Assembly (NCBI RefSeq): GCF_000143415.4
Contig: NW_003314262.1
Span: 1,105,960 to 1,169,959 of the forward strand
Direction: 5' to 3'
DNA: 64,000 nucleotides
From: Selaginella moellendorffii
Taxonomy: Eukaryota; Plantae; Lycopodiophyta
Below the pieces are notes generated by a model, which made no database searches, was not told the origin of the DNA, and saw nothing but the letters and a program-made list of their open reading frames with translations. The number at the start of each line of letters is the position of its first letter. The first letter of the stretch is position 1. Below, in pieces: positions 49,886 to 61,479 of this stretch. The position numbers were made by a program, and so were the translations under genes.

Positions 49886-51841
49886 CTTCCAGGTTTCGCT
49901 CCTAATTTTTGTTGTCCTCGATGAATCTGTGTAGCCAACGTTTTGCATTGCAGTCCGAATGTGCTGAAGTGATCAACCAGGAACTTCCATTCCCCCGACG
50001 CTGCGTCGTAAGAAATGAAGTGTGAGCCTTGCCTCTCGGATTCATCCCTGAGCATCATCTCGAACTGCTGCTGCTGCTGCTGCTCTTGCTGTTCTTGGCC
50101 GTCTAGATTGTCGTTCCAGCGGATGTTAAACAGAGTAACTTCAGCTGGTTTATTGAGCCCGTCACCCACGCCAGGCTTTTTGCTCTCGTCCATGTAGACA
50201 ATCACCTGGTTCTTGTCGAACTGGACAGCGTCGCACACGTCCAGCTCTCGCACATCTGTCCGGCCGATGAAGCGGATCTCCCCGTGCTGCTTGCGCCCGA
50301 CTACAAAGTTGTCAACTCGGTGGCAGTATCCTCCCGGCGTGGAAAGGTGACGCTCTCGGATCTCCTCCGGGCTGGGCTGGATGTAGTAGTCTGAGCCCGT
50401 CACCTTGGGTGTTGGCACGAATGGCTCTGCTTCTGGTTCCGCTACTTGGTTGCTCGGACCCGGTTCACTGCTCTCGGGCATACTTAACGGTGGTGACGAT
50501 GGTTCCACCGGAGTTTCGTGCTCGTTTGCTTGCGGCGGGATGAAGAGCGATCTTGGGTTCTTGGTTGCTCGCAGGAAAATTTCTGGAGGCGGCGGCTCGT
50601 CCCAGATTACTGGAGGTGCGGTGCGTGCTTTTGATCTGCTCGTCTGGAAGCGGCTGCGTAGAACTGGTCTCGATGGTAGAACCAGCAGAGGGGAGCCGGA
50701 TCTGGTGCCAACGCTCGTCGGCGGAAAAGTGTTGCTGCTCTTGAAAGATATCTGCTGGGCGTGAGGGAGCTTTCCAAAGGGATGGCTGGATTTGAAGGTG
50801 AAAGAGCTCAGACTTGGCCTGCACATATCCACGCTTTTAAGTTTCGTAAGCAGGTTTCAGAGGTGAGTATATTGCTTGCTTGCGATCAGATCTAAAGCTT
50901 CACTTACAGTTGTTGCTGCTGCTGCTGCTGCTGGGGATGGCTTCGTGAATGGTCGTGTAAACTACGCTCGTCAGTTACCGTCGCCGGAGGAGGAGGAGCA
51001 GCACAAAAGACCAAAGGCTGCGAGCCAGAAGTGAGTATCTGGAAAGATAACTATGTAAAGCTTACCGTGATGAGCGGTAACGATGGTGGTGGTGACCATT
51101 GTGACGCCGGAACGAGGTAGTAAGTACCAGGAGGCAAAGCGCCTGCGATGCCTTTGGTGCTTGGCGATGGTGTGGGAAGCGATAACGGATCGGCAAGCAT
51201 GGGATCACCGCGGCAGTAGCAATCCCATCGGATTTCCTCGTGGCTCTTGTTCCTGTAGAAGCTCATGGCCGAGATGGACAGGATGGTGAATCCTGTCTCA
51301 GGATCAAGCGTTGGGCAGTAGTACAAGGTAGCACCGCTCGCGTTGAGCTCCTGGATCTGCATCTGATCATCTGTGAGCTCCAATGATCAGCAAGTTCTAA
51401 GCTGCTCGCATCCATCCATGAAGTAAGTTTTTGGTTTGGATGGTTGATTATCTTACCTGGGCTGAGTGCTCCCGCGTGATCGATCAATCCAGGCGGGCTG
51501 CACGATGGTGGCCAGTCCTGTTGATTCCCCGAGTTGTAGAGACCGAGTGGCTGTCTCGCCATATGCTGCTGCTCAAGGACAACTCCGGCCGGCTTCATGA
51601 CTTGTCTGTGCGAGGAGAAAAAGTTGCCGCGATTGATACTTGGATGCTGCTGCTGCTGAATCCATGGCGCAGCTCCTACACTCGATCTGGGTGTGGTCGT
51701 CATTGGGACGTCATCAGTGTTGTTCCAAGAAAATGGGGAGTTCATTGCCGCTCCATAGCGCTGCCCGTGCGATCTGTTACCGCCATAGCCGCCATAGCCG
51801 CCATTTCCATTGCCATAGCCATAGCCATAGCTGCCTACCAT
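49843..51841 (-). CDS. Divergent Nup98-like nucleoporin (GLEBS-like motif and peptidase S59 autoproteolytic domain), multi-exon
   Basis: [21 protein letters not shown] (GLEBS-like). [34 protein letters not shown] and WKFLVDHFS (HF|S cleavage site). Confidence 0.75.
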
Positions 51842-52026
51842 CGCCGCTTTGCTTCACATCTAGGTTTTGTGAAGTTTTGAATTTTGAATCGCAACAGGCG
51901 CCAAGAATTTTAATGACGTGGCAACCGGCGGCAGACGTGGCTGAATGACTGAAACAAAAAGCTTCTCCAATTGCTATTGCTTGGAATTAATTTCGTCAAT
52001 AGCTATCTCTGGTATTGGTTATGCTG

Positions 52027-52205
52027 GGATCCTTCGGTGCATCGCGACGTAAGTTTCTTGCTCGCCGAGACATCCTCCGTGGTTTAAGTCTCTCTGTTGA
52101 TCGATCCAGGATGGCGCCGAGAAGTAGATGAGCACCGAGCGGCGTTATAAGCTGCTGGGGGTCGAGAAGATTATCCAGAAGCGATGGAAGGACGCCAGAC
52201 TTTGT
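52027..52205 (+). pseudogene. Duplicated fragment of the LeuRS 5' UTR, intron and first codons
   Basis: Near copy of 52722-52915, with AAG changed to a TAG stop. Confidence 0.8.
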
Positions 52206-52239
52206 TTCCCTGGTCCATTGTTGCACTTACTGGAACATT

Positions 52240-52480
52240 AACTCCAAGCCCTCTACAGTATGTGGCAGCTACTGAGCAGATTGCTGGCATTCTTGCTTCA
52301 AGCATCGTGCAGGCCAAAGTTCCTGCTGTGATCTGCTCACGAATAGAGTGGTGAATCGCGCATGCAGATTGATTGTCAGAATAACTCACTGTAGGTTCTT
52401 CTTGCTGCTGCTGCACACCGGCTAGAAGATCATGAAGCCCCACGGCCTCTTGAGCAGCCAGCGTCAAGGCTGTGTCACAG
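52240..52480 (-). mobile_element. Ty1/Copia RNase H relic
   Basis: AAQEAVGLHDLL...EPTVSYSDNQSA...HSIRE matches the Copia RNase H pattern ExxWLxxLL...PxxxxCDNQSA...HFIRE. Confidence 0.55.
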
Positions 52481-52809
52481 CAATACCATCGCTGCACACT
52501 GTCTTTGCTTCACATCTAGGTTTGCTTAATCAAGCTCAATGGCTATGGCCGACTCTATCTCCACCGAGAGACTTTGGCTAGTAGGATAGAATGCCATTGG
52601 TTATGGGTATCGAACCCCTGACCATCGTAGGTGCATTGCCAGTGAGAATTAGGGTTTACGAGAACGAGAGCTTCACTGTGCTGCGGCGGCTGCGACGGCA
52701 ACACGGGAGGCTCTCTACGTCGGATCCTTCGCTGCATCGCGACGTAAGTTTTCTTTGCTCGCCAGGAGATCCTCCGTGGTTTGAGTCGCATTTTCTGTGT
52801 CCATCCAGG

Positions 52810-55800
52810 ATGGCCAGCGATGGCGCCGAGAAGAAGATGAGCACCGAGCGGCGTGACAAGCTGCTGGGGATCGAGAAGATTATCCAGAAGCGATGGGAGG
52901 ACGCCAAGATCTTTGAGGTCGATGCGAGCGACGAGCCGCCCAAGCCCGGTGAGAAATATTTCGGGAATTTTCCATACCCGTACATGAATGGGGTCCTTCA
53001 CTTGGGCCACGCGTTCTCGCTCTCCAAGCTAGAGTTCTCCGCGGCGTTCCAGAGGCTTTGTGGCACGAAGGTGCTGCTGCCAATGGGATTTCACTGCACA
53101 GGGATGCCGATCAAGGCTTGTGCCGATAAGCTGGTCCGCGAGAGCGAAGAGTTTGGGTGTCCTCCAGTGTTTCCTACCGAGGTGACGGACGAAGCTCCAG
53201 CTCCAGTTGCGAACAAAGAAGAGGTTCCAGTGGAGGTGAAATTCAAGGCCAAGAAAAGCAAGGCTGTGGCAAAGTCCGGTGCTTCCAAGTATCAGTGGAC
53301 GATCATGAGGTCTTTGGGTCTGGAAGACGATGAGATTGCCAAGTTTCGGGATCCACTCTACTGGCTGGAGTACTTTCCGCCCATCGCCAAGAACGACTTG
53401 AAAGTCTTTGGGCTAAGCTGTGACTGGAGACGCTCTTTCATCACCACAGAGGCGAATCCTTACTACGACTCCTTCGTAAGGTGGCAGTTTGAGCACTTGC
53501 GTGAGAAGAAGAAGGTGGGCAAGGATTTGAGGTATGCCATCTATTCTCCTCTGGACAGGCAGCCTTGTGCCGACCACGATAGAGCTTCCGGCGAGGGTGT
53601 GGCTCCTCAAGAGTACGTACTTATCAAAATGGAGGTCCAGCCTCCTTTCACGGGGAAACTCAAGGCTTTGGAAGGGAAGAAGGTTTTCTTGGCAGCTGCC
53701 ACCTTGAGGCCGGAGACCATGTATGGTCAGACGAATGCATGGGTTCTGGCAGACGGTGACTACGGTGCTTATGAAGTCAGTGCGACGGAAGTTTTCGTGG
53801 TGACGGCTCGGGCTGCCTTAAACATGGCTTATCAGAACTTGTCACGGGTCCCGCAGCAACCAACGTGCCTGGTGGAACTTAAAGGACAGGACTTGATTGG
53901 TTTGGCGGTTGTTTCTCCGCTTGCAAAGAATCCGGTGGTTTACGTGCTGCCGATGCTGAATATCAAGACGGACAAAGGTACTGGCGTCGTGACAAGTGTG
54001 CCAAGCGACTCTCCCGACGACTACATGGCGCTCTCGGATTTGAAGTCGAAGCCTGCGCTGCGGGCGAAGTTTAACGTCCAAGACGAGTGGGTGCTACCTT
54101 TCGAAGTCCTTCCGATCATCAACGTTCCGGAATTCGGGGACAAGTCGGCGGAAGCGGTCTGCATCAGCATGAAGATCAAGAGCCAGAACAACCGGGATGA
54201 TCTGGAAGCTGCGAAGAAGATGACTTACTTGAAGGGGTTCACAGACGGGAAGATGCTGGTCGGTGACTATGCCGGAATGAAAGTCCAGGAGGCGAAGCCG
54301 CTGATCAAGAAGCTGCTGGTGGAATCAGGCCAAGCCGTTATCTATAGCGAGCCCGAAAAGAAAGTGATATCGAGGTCAGGAGACGAATGTGTGGTGGCCT
54401 TGACGGACCAGTGGTACTTACAGTATGGCGAGGAGGAATGGAAGTCACAGGCGGAAAAATGCCTGACGCAGATGGAGCTCTACAGCGACGAAACGAGGCG
54501 CTTGTTCGAGCACGCTCTTGGATGGCTGAACCAATGGGCCTGCTCGCGTTCTTTCGGGCTGGGCACAAAGTTTCCTTGGGACCAGGACTTTTTGATCGAG
54601 TCGCTGTCGGATTCCACCATCTACATGGCGTACTACACGCTGGCACATATCTTACAGGAGGGGGACTTGTATGGCAAAGGTGATCATGCTGTGAAGCCCA
54701 ATCAGATGACGAGGGATGTCTGGGACTTCGTATTTGGCATGGGACCTCTTCCAGAGAGCGAGATTCCGGTTGAAACTCTGAAGAGGATGAAGAAGGAGTT
54801 TGATTACTGGTATCCGTTCGACTTGCGCGTCTCTGGGAAGGATCTCATCCAGAACCACCTGACTTTTAGCATCTACAATCACACCGCCATGTTCCCGGAG
54901 GAGAGGTGGCCTCGTTCGTTCCGGTGCAATGGTTTCCTGCTGCTCAACGGGGAGAAGATGGCCAAATCGACAGGGAACTTCCTCACCATTCGGGACGCTG
55001 TAAGTGACTTCTCGGCAGATGCAACGAGGTTTGGCCTGGCGGACGCTGGAGACTCGGTCGACGATGCAAACTTCGTCAAGCTGACAGCAAACTCGGCCAT
55101 CCTGCGCCTGACCAAGGAGATGGCCTGGATGAGCGACGAGGTCATTGCTGCTGAAAAGGATCTGAGGAAGGGATCCCCCACTACATTCGCAGACCGCGTA
55201 TTCGAGAACGAGATCAACATTGCTATCAACCAGACGGAGAGGAACTACAAGGCTCTGATGTTCCGTGAGGCGCTCAAGTCGGGTTTCTACGATCTCCAGA
55301 TAGCCAGGGACGAGTACCGGCTGGCGTGCTCCTCCTCGGGCATGAACAGGGACTTGATCTTCAGGTTTGCAGACGTCCAGACGCGGCTACTGACTCCAAT
55401 TTGTCCGCACTACGCCGAATACGTCCGATCGGAGATCTTTCACCAGGAAGGATTTGCAGTGACGGCAGGCTGGCCAGCCTCAGGAACTCCCGACTTGACC
55501 CTCCAGAGAGCGAACAAGTTCTTCCAATCCATCCTTGCCGACTTCCGGAAGGCCTTGCAGAAGCACCTGGCCGCCTCGAAGAAGGCCAAGAAGGGACAGG
55601 CAGCAGTGCCTCCGGCGGCTCCACTGGCGGGCTTGATCTACGTAGCCGAGAAGTACGAAGGCTGGAAGGAGGAGTCCCTGAAGATTCTCCAGTCGTGCTA
55701 TGACAGCGGCAGCAAGACTTTCACTTCGGACGTGGAGATCTTGTCCCGGCTGCGCGAGAGCTCGGTGGGACAGTCCGGGGACTTCAAGCAGATCCAGAAG

Positions 55801-56100
55801 AAGTGCATGCCGTTCGTCAAGTTTAAGAAGGACGAGACGCTGTCGGTTGGGCCCCAGGCACTGGAGCTGCGGCTGCCATTCGACGAGCGGTGGGTGTTTG
55901 AGGAGAACTTGGAGCTGATCAAGGCGCAGCTGGGGCTGGAGAGCATGATGGTGGTGCCGGTTTCGTCCTCGTCCTCAGGCAAGATCGCTGCTGCTGCTCA
56001 AGCCGCGTCTCCGGGGAGTCCAGTGATTGTTTTCGTCACAGTTCCAGAAATGGTCGCAGCTCTCGCGTCGAACGGAGTGGCCCAAGTCACCGTCTCTTGA
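52810..56100 (+). CDS. Cytosolic leucyl-tRNA synthetase
   Basis: FPYPYMNGVLHLGH (HIGH motif), editing motifs ATLRPETMYGQTN and GTGVVTSVPSDSPDD, SGKDLIQNHL, and KMAKS (KMSKS variant). Start is probably ATG 52810 after a 5'UTR intron at about 52743-52809. Confidence 0.95.
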   Translation: MASDGAEKKMSTERRDKLLGIEKIIQKRWEDAKIFEVDASDEPPKPGEKYFGNFPYPYMNGVLHLGHAFSLSKLEFSAAFQRLCGTKVLLPMGFHCTGMPIKACADKLVRESEEFGCPPVFPTEVTDEAPAPVANKEEVPVEVKFKAKKSKAVAKSGASKYQWTIMRSLGLEDDEIAKFRDPLYWLEYFPPIAKNDLKVFGLSCDWRRSFITTEANPYYDSFVRWQFEHLREKKKVGKDLRYAIYSPLDRQPCADHDRASGEGVAPQEYVLIKMEVQPPFTGKLKALEGKKVFLAAATLRPETMYGQTNAWVLADGDYGAYEVSATEVFVVTARAALNMAYQNLSRVPQQPTCLVELKGQDLIGLAVVSPLAKNPVVYVLPMLNIKTDKGTGVVTSVPSDSPDDYMALSDLKSKPALRAKFNVQDEWVLPFEVLPIINVPEFGDKSAEAVCISMKIKSQNNRDDLEAAKKMTYLKGFTDGKMLVGDYAGMKVQEAKPLIKKLLVESGQAVIYSEPEKKVISRSGDECVVALTDQWYLQYGEEEWKSQAEKCLTQMELYSDETRRLFEHALGWLNQWACSRSFGLGTKFPWDQDFLIESLSDSTIYMAYYTLAHILQEGDLYGKGDHAVKPNQMTRDVWDFVFGMGPLPESEIPVETLKRMKKEFDYWYPFDLRVSGKDLIQNHLTFSIYNHTAMFPEERWPRSFRCNGFLLLNGEKMAKSTGNFLTIRDAVSDFSADATRFGLADAGDSVDDANFVKLTANSAILRLTKEMAWMSDEVIAAEKDLRKGSPTTFADRVFENEINIAINQTERNYKALMFREALKSGFYDLQIARDEYRLACSSSGMNRDLIFRFADVQTRLLTPICPHYAEYVRSEIFHQEGFAVTAGWPASGTPDLTLQRANKFFQSILADFRKALQKHLAASKKAKKGQAAVPPAAPLAGLIYVAEKYEGWKEESLKILQSCYDSGSKTFTSDVEILSRLRESSVGQSGDFKQIQKKCMPFVKFKKDETLSVGPQALELRLPFDERWVFEENLELIKAQLGLESMMVVPVSSSSSGKIAAAAQAASPGSPVIVFVTVPEMVAALASNGVAQVTVS

Positions 56101-56249
56101 ACGTCTCTTTGCCTGATTCCGCGCTCGAATATTCTCACGTATGAGGGAAAGAATCCCAAGGAGGAAAGGCTCGTTCTGGGTTTCTCTTCTTTTGCTAAAG
56201 ATAGTGTCGAAAGGATTTACAGAACTTTGGAGACGATTTTGAGCTTCTG

Positions 56250-56720
56250 GGAATGTGGGCGTGTCCTTCCCATCACATGTTGAGGCGCTCCAGCCTCTCG
56301 GTCCTGGCATTGAGGTAGCACCACAGGCCACACTGGCTACTCTCGAGCGCAGGGCCCGAGTGGTGCACGAAGTAACCGGCATGGTGATCCAACACCAACA
56401 AGTTCTGCTTCCACAGACCAGAGGAAGTGGTATTAATTTTGGAGGCCATGACTTTGGCAAAACGAAAGAGCACTGAGGGTAGCTTGAGCTCTTGCCTGTG
56501 GCGCAACCACAGTGACGCTCCAAAGGCGTATATGTAGCAGCACTTTTCCTGGAGGGAGATTGTCAGGATCCGGGGGCCTGCGTTGCCCACAGGTGGCAAA
56601 AGGTACGTGACTTGATGATGGAGTTCCATGACTTGCAAATGGCAGCACAACCCGACAGCATGCCCAGCTCCATCTGATGCTGTGAGTGGAGCGTTGTAAG
56701 TGTGGTGCACAGCCTCAGGT
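56250..56720 (-). pseudogene. F-box gene relic
   Basis: CAAICKSWNSIIKSRTFCHLW resembles the end of the plant F-box motif (xVCKxWxSLIxSxxF). Stop and frame breaks follow. Confidence 0.5.
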
Positions 56721-57299
56721 TCCAACGGGCCTCGGAGGGGAATTCGAGGCTGGCAAGCATGCGCGCTGTGCTTTGCTGCAGCCACAGGCCAGCAGTACTT
56801 TGCAAGTGCCGGCTGTGAGGAGGCTGATGGTTTTGGCGTGTGGAGACTTGTGTTACAAATTCTGTTGTGCGTAGAAAAGACACTATAAGGGTATATTTCT
56901 GGAGCCTCGTGTACTTCTTGTGTGAGGACTCAATTGTGGTTTATGGCTTGGACCACAGACATTTGAGGTGGGATAGTTGATATGGATAGTTACTGATATT
57001 ATGATGATGAGATTTTTACAGCCCTCCTGATTTTGCATTCTTATCACTCTGGATTCTCCACTAGGCTAGACAATAGAAAGAGAATGGAGGAAATTAGCAA
57101 GGATTGTTATCAGCAGCAAGGAAAAACTTCATTATTAAGGCCTTAACATGCTAGAAGATTTATTAAGACAGTTTAGATTTTAGACTTTATTTTTTCAATG
57201 TGGAAATAGAAATGAAATATAAAAATGTGCATATTCAATTAACCCTTGGTTTGAACTGCTTATTGAATGTTATAATGAATCTCAAAAACTTGTGGTTTA

Positions 57300-58620
57300 A
57301 CTTGCCATTCCATTGAATAAGAAGCTTTTTAGAAAAACCATATACCATAAGATTAAGAAAATAAGATCATCAACTTTGTACTCTATTGGTGGACAATAAT
57401 GAGAGTTGTAGTATCATTGTTGTCCTAGTTATATGCAGCTTAAGTATTGAATAAATTTCACTTGAACCAATGAAATAATATTTATTAAATATTGATCTCA
57501 AGACCTTACATCAGCAGCTCATTGCAATCACTCTATTAGCAATATTGGATTATGATCATATAAAAGTTCATATGGTGAAACACTAATAACATATACATAT
57601 AAAAGGGATGGCAAAATAACCATCCCAATCCAAATGTTAAAAGTTCACATATTTCGCAATCATCTCTTTGAATGTTTGAATGAGCCATTCTACCAAACCT
57701 TTCATTTCGGGATGATAAACACTTATGAAAGTGTGGCATATCTCCAACCAAGATGTTAAAATATAAAATGCTTTAACCATTATTTAAGAGAATCCACTTT
57801 GATATAAATGCTAAAACATCACTCGATTGAGGAGGAAGTATTTAATATTAGTTGTATATACACTACCAACAATACCAACTTTCACTTAGTGAGTCAAATA
57901 GTCAATGGCAATAATAACACACTCATTGCTAATAATCGACTATCCCTAGTTTAAATGCCACCAACTCAAACAGATAAAAAATTACAATTGACACTAACCA
58001 TCATTCCATAACATAAAGAGGAGTATTATGAGTTTAGCAAATATAACTATGTACATACTGAATAATATTATGTCACATATCAGGCCAATAGAAAAACTTA
58101 CACAACTTCTTAATCACACGATAATGTTTTATAGGCCCGTTGAGAATAGAAGAATCACGATAAACATAGAAAAAGTGTGGAATATAGATCAAAAGTACTA
58201 TCAGCTATAAATGATCATCAAGATCCATTCTACAAAATAAAAAAGGTCATCCTCAAAGTGATATTGAGAATGTAAATGTTAAAATGGCAAATCATTAGCA
58301 AGTGATGTAGAATTTTCAAATCTATTGTAAAGCCTTTGGATTTATAGCTTGATCTTTTGAGCCTCATGAACTTTGTTAAAAGAAAGTAAATCTTGTTTTG
58401 CACTTTGTGAATATTGCACATTAAATATATCAATTGTCGATGGTATGGAATCTTCATCCAAAAAATCCACAAATGTTGGAAAAACATGCTCATCAGGAAC
58501 ATGAGAAGAGAAAAAAAAAAGGGAGACGAGCTTGAAAAGGGGCATTAGCATCAACCATAAAACTCCCTAAGCAATAAACAACCTTAAAAACATATATATA
58601 AAGCTTTAGAGCCCACTAAT
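57300..58620 (-). mobile_element. Heavily decayed LINE-like RT fragment
   Basis: Minus-strand remnants resemble QxAFxxGRSIxxN (about 57930-57965) and IKVDxxK (about 57785-57810), in the expected order. Confidence 0.35.
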
Positions 58621-59007
58621 TAATATGACCAACTAAGTTCTTTTACTTCAATAATGAAGTAATTGTAGCATGATCACCTTCTACTAATATCTAAAAACCA
58701 TATAAATATATATAAAACTTCTCAAACTATACAAACTGCTACTAAACAATCCTCTATAGGGGAGTAGTTAGTTGTAATGTACAATAGAATAATGTTAATT
58801 AGGCATTCTTGTGCTCTTTTGCATTAAAACACCCTTGAGAATGATATCAAAAGCATTCACACACAAAATAAAAAGTTGAGTGTAGTCAAAGTACTTCTCC
58901 CTAGCCAATCCAAAAGATTAATAGTGTGAGGAAGAAGGTACACATCCGGGATAATCACTTTATTTATTGAATGATAGTCGATGTAGTAGCAAATACTCCT
59001 ATCTATC

Positions 59008-59370
59008 AGGCTCCATCACAAGATCAAGTTCATATGGCCAAAGACTCTATGACTTTCAAATAACACCCTTCTTCAATATCTCTTTGACATTTGCACATAA
59101 AATCTTAATCTTCTTTGGTGATTGATATTGAATAGAAATCTTGATTAAACAAACCTCTTGTAAGCTCCTAAGTTTGGACTTCCCGTAGATAGGCTCCATC
59201 ACAAGATCAAGTTCATATTGCCAAAAGATTCTATAACTTTCAAATAACACCCTTCTTCAATATCTCTTTGACATTTGCACATAAAATCTTAATCTTCTTT
59301 AGTGATTGATATTGAATAGAAATCTTGATTAAACAAACCTCTTGCAAGCTCTTGAGTTTGGACTTCCCGA
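59008..59370 (+). repeat. Tandem duplication of a unit of about 183 bp
   Basis: AGGCTCCATCACAAGATCAAGTTCATA...TTTGGACTTCCCG occurs twice, starting at 59008 and 59191. Confidence 0.9.
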
Positions 59371-59415
59371 GAGGTCACCCAGCCTAGTACTATTCAAACC
59401 CAAGGATGCTTAACC
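59360..59415 (-). other. 5S rRNA-derived fragment (A-box to C-box region) embedded in a repeat
   Basis: Minus strand GTTAAGCATCCTTGGGTTTGAATAGTACTAGGCTGGGTGACCTCTCGGGAAGTCC versus plant 5S GTTAAGCGTGCTTGGGCGAGAGTAGTACTAGGATGGGTGACCTCCTGGGAAGTCC. The 5S 5' and 3' ends are absent. Confidence 0.8.
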
Positions 59416-61421
59416 CCAAATATCCCAAGACCCTTAATCGATTGAAAAAAAAGGTGCACTCTTGTTTATGGGCCTTTTCCCTTTATATTTGAACCCTAAC
59501 GGATCGTCTCTCGAGTTGTTCCCTTTAGTTGTTTACACCTCTTTAGTTGGAATAGGATGATGTATTGCAATTTTAGCCCTAGATGACAAATTAAAGTAAA
59601 TAACTCCTTCATAAGCCAGTCAACCATTACAACACAAAAAACATCAAAAAGATTTAAAGAGGGAATAAAGGAGTAGGATAGAAATATAGTAAAAGGTAAT
59701 AGAGAAATAAAAGTGATTTAAGCAAAAATAGAAACTAAGGGATGAAATGGAATAAAAATAAAACCAATGGAAGAAAATTGAGGAAGTATGAAATAAATTT
59801 AAAAAAACTTAAAGTCACACTTGATATGATTATGCTGCAACTAATCCATACCAAAGATGAGGTTAAAAGTTGGACTCAACATCACTCACAATGATTGAAA
59901 CTCAAGCTCAAGATCACCTACACATACAGAGGTTTGCCTCATTTGTGCATACCTATATATACGGCCATTGCTATAGAGAATGAAGATTGGCTCTGCCATA
60001 TAGCGCAAATATAGATGTCAACATATGGTAATAAATTGAGCACCAAAAGAAAAATTTAAATTTATATCAACTAACACAATAAAGAAATTTTGTTATAAAA
60101 CAAGTTTTGAAAGTAAACCTTAGATAAACTAGTGCCAAGTGAACCCCTTAATAGTTCTCTCAAAAGAAGGATGGAGAGGTCACTAACTTATTTACCCAAA
60201 ACCCTTCACTACTCATATAACTCTTTGTTTCCCAAAAAAATCTCTATATCAAGACCATCCATTGTAGTTGCACTAATAAGACATTATTGATGTCAAGGCC
60301 TCTACTTAGGAAATGGAGGGCACTAATTTAGAAAATGCCAATAATGCCAATACATATGGCCAACCTTATTATATACTGAATAATGAATATCACAGCCATG
60401 ACCACATCCTCACCCTTATCCTTGAATATGGGCAGTATGTTGCAAATGTGACTTCAGGTATCAAAAGTTAACTGTCAGCTAATCTTTCTGGATATTCTTT
60501 CCTTATTGCCACGACAGTAGGAGGTTAGTATTGCTAGACCGTTATCAGTTCCCACTTGAGCTAGTTGAGAAATTGGTCAATACCCATGCTAAATCGGATA
60601 AACATAAGGTAGGAACTATATGTGTTTCTTACTAAGCATACTCGGCCTGATTTGAGAAACTTGTGTTATTGGCTTGCACTTGCCAGTATTAAAAACCCCC
60701 ACGATATTGAGATTGGTCCTTTAATATTCGCTAAATGATAGCTTACCGTGTTTGCCAAACACTTTCGCTATCATGCTCTTTGTGTTAGTCTCATTCTGGT
60801 CCCAAATACTATTCAAATTCGCAATTTAGGGACATTCCATATTTAGTAAATTTTGAGCTTGTCCTAGAGACTAACTCCTACTATTAAGGGAGGCTTGGGT
60901 GAAAGCCCAAAACGTATTCCTCAATGCAGAGGGGGGCTTCAAATATATAGTAGGGATAGTGGGTAAGTTAAGCATAGCTGACCAACTTAAGGCAAAGTCT
61001 AGTTTCTGCTTGCATATTTGTCCTTGTTTTACATCTGGCTTAGGTCTAAACCCAAGTTCCATACTATGCTAGTTGGTGGAATACTTATATCCTTACATTA
61101 GGCCACTAGTATGCTTAAATAGCACAAAACTTTGTTTGGCTTTATTTTGTGTGTTGGTTCTAGCATTGGGATGCTAAATGCTTTAGGACTATTTTAAATC
61201 ACTCCGTGCTCTTGTCCTTTTACGTTTTGGGTTGTATGCTTGAGAGTTGCTCCATGTTTCAATTCCTTCACTCCTTGGCTCCATGCTTAGGAGTTTGGCT
61301 TCGTTCTTTCATTCGATGGCCCAAGGCTTTGAAACTAGGGTTCTGTACCATTGTCCTTTGGACACGTGGCATGTGGCATATGTGACACATGGCATATGGA
61401 GGGTTTAGGTTCTGCTCATGA

Positions 61422-61450
61422 TTATCCTATGGTAAATTACCATAGGATAA
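61422..61450. repeat. Perfect 29-bp palindrome TTATCCTATGGTAA-A-TTACCATAGGATAA
   Basis: 14-bp arms with a 1-nt spacer. Confidence 0.85.
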
Positions 61451-61479
61451 AGGGTATAAACCACATACGGTACACTATG

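Noticed and set aside
36605-49948. Numerous antisense and alternate-frame ORFs over GC-rich genes
   Set aside because: Shadow ORFs of the real coding sequences.
45479-56100. Intronless MinD, EF-Ts and LeuRS as bacterial contamination, HGT or retrogenes
   Set aside because: MinD and EF-Ts have transit-peptide-like N-termini, the LeuRS is the eukaryotic cytosolic type, and these genes are generally intron-poor in plants.
59360-59415. Functional 5S rRNA gene
   Set aside because: Only the central part matches; the 5' end, 3' end and T-run terminator are missing.
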